DNA of 64,000 bases from Epiperipatus broadwayi. Its lineage: Eukaryota; Animalia; Onychophora. Position 1 is the stretch's first letter. The number at the start of each line of letters is the position of its first letter. The position numbers were made by a program, and so were the translations under genes. This document shows positions 13,041 through 25,963 of this stretch, piece by piece. A model generated the notes under the pieces. That model ran no database searches, had not been told where the DNA came from, and saw nothing but the letters and a program-made list of their open reading frames with translations. The stretch is taken from contig JAQFVV010000007.1 in the NCBI GenBank assembly GCA_028023455.1, forward strand, positions 15,686,001-15,750,000, in the 5' to 3' direction.

Positions 13041-14458
13041 GTTTACGTTTATTTAAAATTGTTTACGGTATGGGCTAATGAGCCCCCTCCCATCCAAATG
13101 CACTGAATGTAGAATGTTTACATATATAATATATTTTTTGTAACAGATACCGTTATATTCAACAAACTTTTGTTTGAACAGTTTTTTTTTAAAAATTACT
13201 ATAATTAATAAATGTCACATTTAAAATTTTTATATTTAAATTTAGTTTTTTATCTTATAAATAAAGAGTAATAAAAATTAATTACCTTTTATCTAAGAAA
13301 TTTGTTTACTCACCCAATAATTAATCTCCAATTTTCTACCTCTGATAATTTTAATAGACACTGTATATACTGGCGGACAGGTGCGAGGTTATTGTGTCAG
13401 AATTATCCATACTTCTATGTTAAATTTTCTTTAAACATAAAGACAGATGCGTAGTTTGAAAAGAAAAAATATTCCTCTGTGTATAATCACCTGATAGGAG
13501 GTAAAATGATTCTTTAGGTTTAATGGAGCTAAAACACAGCTGTTGTTGAATACGAATAAAAACAACACAAAAAAAAAATTATGGATATATACCTGCATGT
13601 ATGCACGCACACACTATTAAATAAAGTAAATTATCCAGCAGTATAGAGTCATACATTTTTATTATATAGTACAGTAATGGTAATACATGTAGTATGTCCA
13701 GTAAAAAAGTGACTGATTCTATCTCCAAACAGTCTGCAGTTCTATCTCTGTGGTAGTCTGACTATTCATCACAAACATTTTTGGGATACTGATTTGGAAT
13801 GTTGTAGTGAGTTTCATACATTAACTCACAATGAAACGATGTTCTAACATTAAATTTTATTTTAAATTGGGAAATGTGTGGGATGATTCCCACTATGTAT
13901 GTTAGTAAAGTCATAGGTTACAATATCATTTTTTCAGGTTGCTTGCAAGATTTTATGATGTCAGGAAGAGCAACGAAGATGATTGACTGAGATGTGGTAG
14001 CATCTTAACATTTTTGTCATGAATAACTAGACTGTTATTACATAAGGTATATGGATTCAGAAATGGTATTGCAGAGTGAGTCATCTGTACCACCATATTT
14101 TTTTCAGTATTATGAAATTCTTAGAAAGTGTGGGGAATTATAATTTAAAAGACGTTAAATTGTTGTTATCCAATATTCTGGAGCATTAATATTCAAAATT
14201 GCTGTACAACATAGTGTTTGTTTTCAGTATTTTAAACTGCGACCCAAATTTGGTGCTGCAAACTGTGGTCATAAAATATTTACTAATAAAAAGAGTGAAA
14301 GATTGCAGTCAAAATTCACAAAACCCCAATGAAAGAAAATATAGCAAAAGCTAACCAATATTTTAACACTATTATCCACTTCTCAAGCAAAATATTTACA
14401 ATCAAACAGCTATGCCATAGCTATTAGTTTGGCAATAAATGCTATTTTCCACAATCAC

Positions 14459-14510
14459 TATGGTTTGCCATTGACTGGCATGCATGCATGCCAGTCAATG
14501 GCAAACCATA
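14459..14510. repeat. perfect 52-bp palindrome, no spacer
   Basis: TATGGTTTGCCATTGACTGGCATGCA|TGCATGCCAGTCAATGGCAAACCATA. Confidence 0.95.
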
Positions 14511-15575
14511 TGATTGTTTACACTTTTGACAAACACCTAATGCTAAATAAAAGAAGCTTTCCAACTGTGAAATAGGATATGCATTCATCATAAGTTGAGT
14601 AATCATAATGTATCATCATCCTATTAGTGCCCATCTTTTTTAAGACTCCTGAACAACAAAGCCATTCAATTATTTTTACTGTTCTAGTTCTGTTATTTTT
14701 TTTAATGAAAATGTAAACACTGCAACTGTAAATTATTTGGATGTTTGAGTAATTAAGTTTGTTTTGATGATGCAAATATTTGGGAGAGATGTAATGAAAC
14801 AAATTTGTTTTTATAGTTAACACATTAATATTTATCTTATCAACTTAGATTAAACTGGAACCATTAGTCTATACTTACAACCATTATCTGATCATGACAA
14901 GAAACTAACTACTATAAACACAAAGATGAAGATGGCCTGAGCACTTAGAAAAGTAGAAAAAAGGAATAATATTCAACTAATAGACTAATGAGGAATTGGC
15001 AGTCTTTTTAGTATGAACCATTTTCCTGAAGGTTTGTGATGATGATGATGTTCTAGTTGTATTTTTATATTGGACTATTTCCATCATCTAATGTGAGTAC
15101 TGAATGTCTTTAGAAAAATTTAACTTTATTTAAATATTCCAAACACATTTAACTGTTAGTAATAACACATCAAACAGATTAGTATATGCACAATGTTTTG
15201 AGAGATTATTCTCCCCTCTTCTTGACCAGTGACAGTACTAGCATGAGATTCAAACCTGGACCCTTAGATTCTTGAATATTAAATTTTAAGATGACACTCT
15301 AACCAACTGAGCCATTCTCCAAAGGCAACAGTCAGTAGAAATTTCATTTATTTATCTATGGGGTTCTTCCTGATTTCTCCACTTTTTCCTAAGAGCAAAG
15401 TTGATTAATGGTTTCTATACATTATGTATACTCATACTAGGTTGGCTTATGGGATTTTTTGCCATTGTCATGTAAGCAGCTTCTTTAAATCTGCAGTCAT
15501 TATAACATCAGAACAGCTATCCAGAGCCACACCACACTATGAGGAATTCTAACATCAACAAAGTCTAAACTTGAA

Positions 15576-15944
15576 ATGCTGAAAAGAAAAAACTGCATCT
15601 ATGAAATACCATGTGAATGTGAAAGAAAGTATATTGGTGAGACTAGTCATCCTATTGAAAAGCGCTTGCAAGAACATGAACTGATGATTAGAAGAGAGAA
15701 AACAGATGTGTCTAAAGTAGCAGGCCATGTATGTGCCAATGAACATATGTTCAATTGGGAAAATATAAAAATATTGAATAGAGAAGAAAAGGTACAAAGA
15801 AGGAAATTTAAAGCAGTTGCTCACATGACAATGGCAAAAAATCCTGTAAGCCAACTTAGTGTGACTATACATAATTTATGGAAACCATTAATCAACTTTG
15901 CTTTTAGGAAAACATGGAGAAATCAGGAGGAACCCCATAGATAA
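15576..15944 (+). pseudogene. GIY-YIG endonuclease of a Penelope-like element
   Basis: CIYEIPCECERKYIGET...KRLQEH...SKVAGHV...HMFNWENIKILNRE...RRKFK fits the Penelope endonuclease pattern; upstream stops. Confidence 0.9.
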
Positions 15945-15975
15945 GTATATGAAATTTCTACTGACTGTTGCATTT

Positions 15976-16058
15976 GGCAGGATGGCTCAGTTGGTTGGAG
16001 CGTTACCTTAAAATTCAATATTCAAGAATCTAAGGGTTCAGGTTCAAATTTCATGCTA
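15976..16058 (+). promoter_or_regulatory. tRNA-derived Pol III head (A and B boxes) in the Penelope 3' repeat
   Basis: A box TGGCTCAGTTGG at 15983-15994 and B-box-like GGTTCAAATTT at 16041-16051; the inverted copy reads GGCTCAGTTGGTTAGAGTG...GGTTTGAATCTC. Confidence 0.7.
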
Positions 16059-16080
16059 GTACTGTCACTGGTCAGGCCAG

Positions 16081-16134
16081 CAACACCTGAAGAAGAAGAA
16101 GGGAGAATAATACCTCTTTTGAAATGTTGTGCAT
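16081..16134 (+). ncRNA. degenerate minimal hammerhead-like motif (family D)
   Basis: CAACAC-CTGAAGA-(GAA expansion)-GGGAG AATAAT ACCTCTTTT-GAAA-TGT-T-GTG; the three copies suggest ancestral GAA-ACGT-T-GTG. Confidence 0.5.
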
Positions 16135-16421
16135 ATACTAACCTGTTTGATGTGCTATTACTAATAGTTGAATGTATTTGGAATATTTAAATAAAGTTAA
16201 ATTTATCTAAAGACATTCAATACTCATATTAGATGATGGAAATAGTCCAATATAAAAATACAAGAAGAACCATATTGTTCAAATAATAAGTTGATAAAAA
16301 ATATGGATTTCTGAATGGTCATGGTTGTATTTGAATATTTATTTTAATAATAGAAAATAAAATCAGTGTGCATATAATAAAAATTGGAAATTTTTTTAAA
16401 AACCAGTAAACTAAAGGAAAA

Positions 16422-16935
16422 ACATCATAATTTTACATATAATTAATAATATTTCTGTAGTGTAATTTTCACTGCCTTGCCTGAGAGTGATGTAGTGAAA
16501 ATTAAACTACAGAAATATTATTCATTAAGTGAATAATCTCTAGTCTAATGTATGACTATTAAAAATTGTTACTATACTTCCAACAAGTGATTTCTTTCAA
16601 AGTTGTGAGGGTAGTAAGTTTGACACATATTAATTAAACTTTAGTAATATTTTATCTATATATACTGAACAATAATAAAGATAGATGCAAGAGATTGTGA
16701 TCTGAGTCAATTGATGAGTGCTAATTCAGCATGAAATGTGCATTTTGGGGGTCATAATTCTTTTCACATATCTTTGGTCATATATTTATGATTAACCCTA
16801 CTACAAGGTGTTTAAGATGGAAAGAATCCATTCCCTACTTTGCACGAGAGTGGTGTTGTGAAAATTATGCTAGTGTGGATAGATAATCTCTAATCTAATG
16901 TATGACTAATAAAAATTATTAATATGCAGAATTTA
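16422..16935 (+). mobile_element. hammerhead-bearing repeat, family C (~349-bp period, 5' inversion)
   Basis: ATAATCTCTA(G/A)TCTAATGTATGACTA at 16533 and 16882; inverted arms 16427-16453 / ~16474-16520; homologous to 5545-5800. Confidence 0.7.
16692..16761 (+). ncRNA. type I hammerhead motif, C3 mutated
   Basis: GTCAA-TTGATGA-GTGCTA ATT CAGCAT-GAA-ATGTGCAT-T-TTGGG. Confidence 0.65.
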
Positions 16936-19179
16936 ACTGCCTTTTTTTAATTACAGTTTTCTATCATTAACATTCGTTATATACAGCAATTTTAATCTAT
17001 AACAAGGCCGAAACCAAGAAATAATTCGGGTAAGCGCATTTCTCCTCTTCTAGAGTCATGCAAATGATTATTTACAAATTTATAAAAAGTGATTTTATTA
17101 AGAACCATAAGCCTGAGATTAAAGAGCCTCAAGTGCCGCAGGTGGCCATTACCTGAATTAAGGCAATTTTTGACCAGCTATCAAGAATAACAACACGTTT
17201 TTTAAAATAAGAAATTCTAATTTACGATATGATAACGTGAAGAATTCGACCAAATTATCGTAAAGACATTTCCATTATTTTTGCATAATGACACCTCTGT
17301 ATTTTACATAACTAGAATTTTACAAATACACTAAAAGAATTCCATTTAAACCAAGTCCTTAATTACTAAAATAGTTTATTTTATGACTAAAATATAAAAT
17401 CAGAAACAGAACACGGATTTTAAAAAAGAGAATCGCTATCTTTCTCACCTGCATTTTTTCTTCTTTTTTTAAAAAAAAAAAAGGTTAAATATTTCAACTT
17501 GCAGAAACTGCTTGGATGAATCAATTATAAGCAAGGTTTACATTTCAAAACACTGTTTATGCAAAGTAATTTAAATCTTGCAAATGAACAGCCACTATAT
17601 CAGCCATTAAAAAAAGAAGAATTAATGATATTTTGTTGAAAGAAAGATGTGCAATTTAAAATGATGTAATTAAAAATGGATTACCTTCACTTCAAAAATT
17701 ATGCAGGGAATTCGCTATGCTAATTTGAATACATAAACATGTTTTGCATACAGCAGCGCTAAACATGTTGACGCCACAGCATTGTCATTATTAGTAATAT
17801 TTCTAATTTTAATTATTTTTTATTGATTTTTATAGCATAATTAACTTTAAAAAAGTGCTTGGATATTTAGCTTTTGAACAATTCACTGTATATGCAATGT
17901 TTATTAAATTATTAAGAATATTTTTTTCCTTCCTTACGAATCGTTCTATAAAAATGTTTCTCAAAACATATTCGATTAAAACTTATTAATATATATACCG
18001 CCATAGTGTGTTCGTATGTATAAATACCCAATTTCTCATATATCAGCATCTTTAAAGAATGTGTGTGTCATGTTCAACACTCACAATTTTTTTTTTTTTT
18101 AGCTTTGCTTGCACAATAGGATACGTCAGATCTAGAATCCACGTAAGTCACAATATCTTAAGAAAACATTCCAGGAATTTACTGTTTTCTGTTTCTACTT
18201 CTAATCATTTTTAAAATTATCACATTGTTTTTTGTTTTGGCAGAATTTTTAACATGTTTATTGTATATATATTTATACCTAAAAATGATTATTCCATTCA
18301 TATGATGATAAATGTTCAACTAAAGTACAATTATTTATAATTGCCTAGCAACAATCAGAAAAAAATGGTTATAACTATTGTTAAGCAGTTGTAAATAAAT
18401 GATATTGTAGATAGATGATTGGATTGTTTTTACAGGTATGTAATTGGGAAAGTTCTTTATATATTTTTCCAACTAGCGCCATATGTTGGATTTTGTACAT
18501 ATATATGATTAAATTTACAGTATAAAAGCATTGAAAGAAATATCACATAAAGTCATATTGTTAATTATTTAGGAGATCATGTGATATTTAAGTAGCCAAG
18601 TGGCTGTTTAAGAACAGAAGTTTATTCAATTGGTCAGACAATTTTTTTTTTTTTATATTATTCAATTAAGGATTAGTTCTGAGTCCATTATTTTCAACTA
18701 GTAAGATTTTTGGAATTAAGGCCTAGAGCAATGATGAGCAATCTGTGAGTTATGAGTCCTCATGATTCCCAAAAGGGTCACAAGCATTTTTGGAGCTTAT
18801 GGAATTCTCAAATAATTTATGCATAACAATAAAATAATAAGTTTTTTTCCCTTTAGAAATAAAAATAAAATATACATTTGCATTAGGAAATATTCATAGT
18901 AAACCAAATGACACATTTATAGCCCATCATAAAACACAATTAATCAGTATTTGATGTAGTTTATTCCCCTCTCCATTGAACTATTACCTTTTCCATGTTA
19001 AATAACCTAGTTCAAGCATGTAAAGTCATGATATGTAATGTGTTTTGAAACTTAATGAAGAGATAATGCATTCTATTTATGCTTTTAAATTCTTTATTAC
19101 ATTTATTTAGGGCATTTTTTTTACCAAGCTAGTCATTAGTTCAATAATGCCCAAGCTTAGATAGGTAAATAATGTAAAT

Positions 19180-19577
19180 CAGGGGTCCCCAACCCTATGC
19201 CCACAGGCACCATGGCGCCCGCAGACCACTTTACGTGTGCCCGCCGCTATCTGAACATGATAAAAAATTATTTATCTGATACAAATAAATTTAATTTTTA
19301 AAATTTCTTATAAATTATTGTATTATATTGCAATCAAATTGTAGGGCATACTATACTTTTACACCGTAAAAATATAAATATTAATTATATATTAAAATTT
19401 TATTTTTGTAATAAATATTTTTTTGTACATTATGTGTATTATTAACAATATCCAACTATAAATTTACATTGAAAAACTAAATGGTGCCCGCCAACTAGTT
19501 GAAAAAATAAATGGTGCCCGCCACATGGCCAGTATTATAGAATGTGCTCTTAAGTGCAAAAAGGTTGGGGACCCCTG
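19180..19577. mobile_element. hAT (Charlie/Buster-type) MITE
   Basis: 15-bp TIR CAGGGGTCCCCAACC/GGTTGGGGACCCCTG; 8-bp TSD ATGTAAAT with central TA. Confidence 0.95.
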
Positions 19578-22039
19578 ATGTAAATACATGAAAGCAGTCA
19601 GAACTTAACAATACTATTATAAATAACATTCAGCAATCTCAATCCATTGCAAAGGCAACCTCTTTTAAATAATAAAGGTGGATTTTATAGTACTCCTAAT
19701 CTCTTCAGCTTGACATTCAGAGCACAGCAGAAATCATCGCTTTTGCACCATGTCTAGCAGTCCCAATTGCAGTACTCTGTTTTAATTAGACAGTCAGATT
19801 TCCTGGCTCTGTACCAGTTTTGAAATGACCATAAGTGAATGATCCAACTTCATGGGGTTTCCATGATAGTGGGAGTTTGTGGAGAGAAAATGATGGGGCA
19901 GAGGAGAAGTGAAGGTATGCATATACCACTACAGTTCCCATCAACCAATATTTGAAATCAGATCCCTTTCTGCCCTCTGACCTTGTTTACTTATTAATCA
20001 TGCTGTGATTTGTCCCAGCCATCTTTATTTTTTTAAGGAAGGTTGCCCAGACAACAGATTGCGATTGTTGATTGTTCTCGATATTGGTGTTGTTTAAGTG
20101 TTGACTTCTTTCATGTATTTAGTTATTAATTATATATTTTGATAATCAACCCTGCATATAAATAAATATGATAATTGATCATTTTAATTTTAACATGCTT
20201 CTAAATAAAAAAGAATTTGGCAGTCAATTGGAAACAATTATTCTGAACTAAAGAAAAAGATAATAAAAGCTGTAATTCAATTCTCACACCACCAATACTT
20301 ATATAAAAATAGCTTTTCCATATTAGTTGCCATTAAATTGAAATGTCAATCATGATCAGATCCAAAAAATGAGTTGTAGTTCTCAATTTCTAATATAACC
20401 ATAATCATAGAAGCAATTACAAAACACAAGTTCCATATTAATAGTCCATGCTTCTTATCCTTACAGTACTTTGTCTTTCACAAGCAAATACATGACTTGC
20501 TCACTGCTTTGTAATTTTTGACAACAAAAAATATAATGTTCTTAGGTAAAAAAAAAGGAATGGTATAATACATATTTATATGCTTTAAAATACTCGACTA
20601 GAAGTACTATGAGCAAAATTTGGCAGAACAATACTTTTTATTAGTTGTACATTACATTACATTACATTACAATGATATAAAACATATAAATTACACATTA
20701 ATCTACATAAAACATCTGCTCTCAAAGCATTAATCACAATGATTATATTTTTATAAGCTAAGTATCATATGCCATGCAAATTCTTTTTTTCTCCTGTATA
20801 TATTTTAATACTTGTATATAATTTGTTATTAATAAAGTTTACTTTATAAAAAAAAAGTTTCACATTAATTATTAAATTTCACTTGTTTTTTTAATATAAA
20901 ATTTTGAAAAATTATATTTTAATTGAATTTTTTTAATATCTAAAATCTGTGTACATAAAATTATATATGAAAGCAGCTAACACTTAAAACAATACTAACA
21001 TCTTTAACAATCTCAATCTGTTGTTAAGGCAACCTCCTTTAATAAATAAAAATGGAAAGCCACCTTCACTATGGCCTAACATGTTTATATAGACACTAAA
21101 TAGTGTAACTTCACTACAGAGAGTGAAATTATTAATTTAAAGAAGTGTAAATAAACCTCATTAAACAGGTAAATATAATCTGTTCTGAAAGAAGATTAAC
21201 AAATAGTCAGTTTTAATAAATAGTTCTAATTTTCAGAAATTGACAGGATGTAGAGCTTTTTAAATATGGGTTGCTTATCCTTTCTTTGTTTTTGCACTGC
21301 TAAAGGAATTAGTATATCTTCCAAATGTAAATTCTGAATAAAATGTTAATTGAAACTGGTAGGTGATAAAATATCCTTAGAGTCTAATGGCCTAAAGGTT
21401 AGAAAATATTTGTTGCTAGAATCTGTGCTGAGAGGAAAATAAATTAATGAAGTTATTTAAAATATATATATAATGCAAATTTTATCATAGAAAAACATGC
21501 AATACCATCTAATAGATAATGAATGGATGAACTCATGTGCATATAATTCATATTATTTTCCTACAAATTTGAAATGAAGATAAAAATTATAAATATTTAA
21601 CAACCATGGTTCAGCAATATGTTAAGAATGGTGATAGAATGATGGGTTCAATAAATAATGATTCCTACATCAAAGCTCACTGCATCATTTCTAACGGTCA
21701 AATGCCACACAACCTCCCAAGCAAAACCATTTAAGTGTGGTGATAGACTGATTATTTGAGCATTAACAGTTCCTAGATCCAAGTTGCTTATATGTCACCT
21801 AATCTTCCAAACAAAAAGTCATTTTGGATTGGTCGTAGAATGCGGAACTCAAGAACTAAAGATTCTTGGGCCAAAAACACAATCAGCCACCTGGTTCAGA
21901 TGTCACATGACTTCCCAAACACCCTACCCACAAAAAAAAAAATCATTTAAGTATACTGAAAGGATGATGATGTCTAAGCATAAATGGTTCTGGGTTGCGG
22001 TAAAACTAACATGATTTAGAAATATTTCTACTTTTCTAG

Positions 22040-22270
22040 AATAATGAAAAAAAAAAAACGGAAGAGCTTTACTGTTCAGGCGTTCATAAGAAGTTCAAGT
22101 AACCGGAAGAGCCGAAACTGAAATCTATCCAAGGCTCTTACATTCTAGTGTGTAATAGACTTCTACCTTTGCAACAAATGGCGCAGACTTCTGGATTAAT
22201 GGATCACTGCTCGAAAGCATTACGAAATAATAACTTAAATAATCTAAAAAATAAGAGAAGCAAGTGATGG
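22040..22270 (+). promoter_or_regulatory. promoter-like patch with two CGGAAG (ETS-type) motifs and a short ATGGCG ORF
   Basis: ACGGAAG, ACCGGAAG, local CpGs; ATG 22178 opens MAQTSGLMDHCSKALRNNNLNNLKNKRSK*, with only a weak donor. Confidence 0.25.
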
Positions 22271-24339
22271 TATTATATATCAAATTATTTTAAAATATGT
22301 TCTTGTAAAAAGAAGTTTTAAAGTAAACGTAATATCATTTTTTATTATTATCCCTGTAAATACCACAAGTCTTTCAAAATAAAAATATGATTTTTTGTTT
22401 TAATACCTAACTGCTTTTTGTGTTGAAGATAAAATATTTTTTAAACATTTTTTTTCTTTTTGGTTTATTTTTGAAGATTATAAACATCTTTGTCTCATTT
22501 TGCTGCTATATGTCTGTGTTATTTTTTAATGATTGTAGAAATTTCTTATTTAAAGTAATAACAGAAAATAATAAACAAAAATGAAAACAAAAAGGAAGCG
22601 TCATCGTTCTTTCCACCTCTTTCCTTTATTCTGAGCGACATTTCAGAAAGAAAAAATTCAAATCTGTTTATTTTAAATGCATAACATCTTATTATTGGGA
22701 AACAGAGCAGAAATGATGTAGTTTTCTTACTTGTTTAATAAAGCAAGAAAGTATTTTTCATCTTAAGTACAGCAAATTTAAGAATTTTTGAAAAGTAAGT
22801 CAGTTGATAAGAAAAAGAAAGGGGAGACGGGGTACTTTACACTTCTTTCACCAAATTTTAAATTCGTTTTATTTTTTTCGTGAATAATAAATAAGTCAGA
22901 ACAGCCTCTGCCAAATAGTGCAATACCATGTCAAAACAAAAATTTATAACCCCCTACAATGTTGTTATAAACATCTCGATTTTATTTTTAAAATTTATTT
23001 TTTAATCTAAAGTACTTTATTAAAAATGTAATTTCAGTAAATATTATGGTACTGATTATCAGTACCAATACTGTATACTTAACCCCCCCCCCACACACAC
23101 ACACGAATAAAGTTGTTGGGGAAAAGCATTTTTCATATGCCTTTATTCAAATGATTAAGTGTACATAGTTTTAAATGAAAAGTATAAGTAATTATTAAAT
23201 CAGGAAAAAGTGGAATAGAAGTGAATTAATTATTCCACTTCGGAACAAATTCATTTAAAGTTTAAGGTATAAAAGTGATATAATTTCTTATCTTAAAAAA
23301 TGATTTGTAATAGTCATTAAGGGATTTTCTTGGGGGATAAATGTCAGAGTTGTATATGCACTTAAATTTGACACCATCACAACATTGTAATAAAATTTTT
23401 AGTTTTGTTATACAATTTTGCAATCATATTTTTTGGAACCATGCATTTGCTAACGTGTAGTTCCAAAATTATTTAATATAAGCGTTCTTAGATTAATTTA
23501 CATTTATTTAATATAATTAAAGAATCTTTCAAATATGTATTATTTTGGACTGAAAAAAACTTCACCCACAATAACCCAACATGCACTAAGTGGATTAATT
23601 CATGCTTGTTAATGGATCTCAGGGAAATCATGGGTTCATGTAAATAGAATCATTTTTATCCTGGAATCCCAGGGTTTGAATTTTGCAGGAAATGAGAAAC
23701 CATAATTTTAGCCTATTAAAATTTGGAGAATTTTATTTTCTGGATGGAAATGTTTGTATGTCCAATCAGCAGTCAGTTATTATAGTTTAATGAATATCTT
23801 TGTATTTGACTAAGAAAATGGACCTTTAGTGCAATAGTTTACGATCTAATTTAAATCATTCTTTCCTGGATCTAAGACTAAAACCTCTAATGGCTAATTT
23901 ATGGCAATTGATCATTTCATTACTTTTGTGTGATTTAGTGTCATTGTAGAATGAAAGTTACAGAGAGTTAAAGGCTTCAGGATTGAAGCTCAATATATCA
24001 TTTTTAGTGCTCAAATGTCCCATGATCTTTTGATAAGTAGATTAACCAATTCTATAACTTCATTAGCAGAATGTCATAAGTGATTTAGAGAAATGATAAT
24101 TCAGTAATTAATGGTTTCCAGATTGAAGTTCACCCTGGATGTTCAAATATCATATGACATCATGAGCAACTAATTACTCAGTTATTAAATACTAACTGCA
24201 TATATATGGACCAGATAAAGCATTCAAATTTTATCATTGTCTGAAGATTTGTGATGGTGGTATTTGCTTATAATTATATGTTGGACATCTAGTTGATTTA
24301 AACTTTATTAAAATATTTTTTTTAATGTACTAATAATAG

Positions 24340-24560
24340 CACCCAGGTTAGTATGGGACATATTTTGAGTGGCTGTTTAGAATCTCAAATTCAGTATTCC
24401 ACGAATCTAAAGGTCATTGGTTCAATTACTATATTAGCTACCATTGGTCAAAAACACTGGGAGAAGACAGGTGATTCATGCCACTTGGAAACATTTATAT
24501 TTGGCAAAACTGAATAATAGTTGAATGTATTTAGAAAAGTATAAAGTTTGAATTTTTTTA
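24340..24560 (+). mobile_element. old family D copy
   Basis: Similar by eye to 15990-16200 (GAATCTAAAGGTC..GGTTCAA..CATTGGTCA..AATAGTTGAATGTATTT). Confidence 0.5.
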
Positions 24561-25516
24561 AAAAAAAATTAACAGTTTTACTTGTTGAAATTTAAATTTA
24601 TGCATTGATGAAAGTATAGAGTAAGTTCCTTAAATAAGCTTCTCCCCCCTCCCGTACTGGACTTAAATGTGTGTGCCACATAAAATTTCTTTATGTACTA
24701 TTATATATTTATATCTTTTTTTTTCTAACTTAAAAACATTTTTCCTTTTTTAATAAAAATAATTTATTCGCCTGAAGACATTTTTTTGTCTATTATTAAT
24801 ATCAACGTCTTTAAAATGTCATTTCTTTCGTTTGCATTAAAAGGCTTCAAGATAACATTAGCTCACAATGTGACAGTAAATTTTGTTTATTTATATGCCT
24901 ATCGTCTATTTTATGTATATTTTTATATATCTCTATCTATACTCTTTTGCTAACCTTCTCTTTATTTATCACATACACACTCCATATCATATTGTTTATT
25001 TATCTCCATACATAAATATACCTATTACACAAGCTAATTTTAATTTGTGGCAGTTTTTTAACCTTTTTTTTTTTTGCCCAATAGCAAAATTTTAACCCCC
25101 CCCCCTTAAAAAAATCTATACTCAAGAAGTAAAGGTAAAAAATAAGAAATTTTAAATCGTTAGCAAATTTTTCCACTCATTACTTTTATGCCATCTAGTG
25201 TAAGCTTTAGTAACCAATAGATGCCAGATGGTTGTGCTTAATAAATCCTTATCCAGAGCTATTCTATCTACGCATCTCCAGCCTAGTTTGCTATTCTATC
25301 CATGCATCTCCAGCCTAGTTTCGAATTTACAGCATTCTTTACTGATTTTTAGATTTTTTGAACATCACATTTGAATTTTTTGGATCTAATATACTTTTGC
25401 TCTAGCAGCCATCTTTTATTTCATTTTACTATGAATCTACCAGCCCAAATTGGAAAAACATCATTGGTTCAATTTGAGATAGTAGCTTTACAAAAAGTAA
25501 ATAATGACTTCTAGAG

Positions 25517-25963
25517 CAGGGGTTTTCAACCTTTTGATTCCCATACTCTGTTGGCTTTTAGTAAATTATGCAGTACTTCCTGTCTATTATAATAAGAAAT
25601 AAACAGTTGGGGGATGTACCATGCAGTATATCATGCATATATGCAGGAAGTACAGATACCATGAAGGCGATGCTTGGGAGGGGGCACCAATCTGGTAATT
25701 TCACTAGCTATTTTTAATGTTAACTGAGCATTTTGAATTATTGTGCCCTGTGGTAAGAAAAAAGTCTATGAAGTTTTGCTATGTCCATGTTTGAAAAGAG
25801 ACCTAAAATGTTGCTGATATGGCTGTCAGATAGTATCAGTATGGAATATTCTGAAAATGTTAACATAGCTATTTTTTGAAATATATTTCTGCTAGTCACT
25901 ATAACCTATGGACAAGCTTCCCATACCTCTGGTGGTATGGCTATCCCAGATTGGGAATCCCTG
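25517..25963. mobile_element. hAT (Charlie-type) MITE
   Basis: Imperfect TIR CAGGGGTTTTCAAC / GATTGGGAATCCCTG; 8-bp TSD TTCTAGAG at both sides. Confidence 0.85.

Larger units (their letters stand above)
15020..16272 (+). mobile_element. Penelope-like element, 5'-truncated, with an inverted copy of its 3' end
   Basis: Forward part ~15505-16272 has an N(S)YP motif and the GIY-YIG ORF; 15050-15490 is the reverse complement of 15806-16270; possible 7-bp TSD GAACCAT. Confidence 0.85.

Noticed and set aside
13938-14046. Coding exon with good AG/GT boundaries
   Set aside because: Stops in all three frames; at most a non-coding exon, unsupported.
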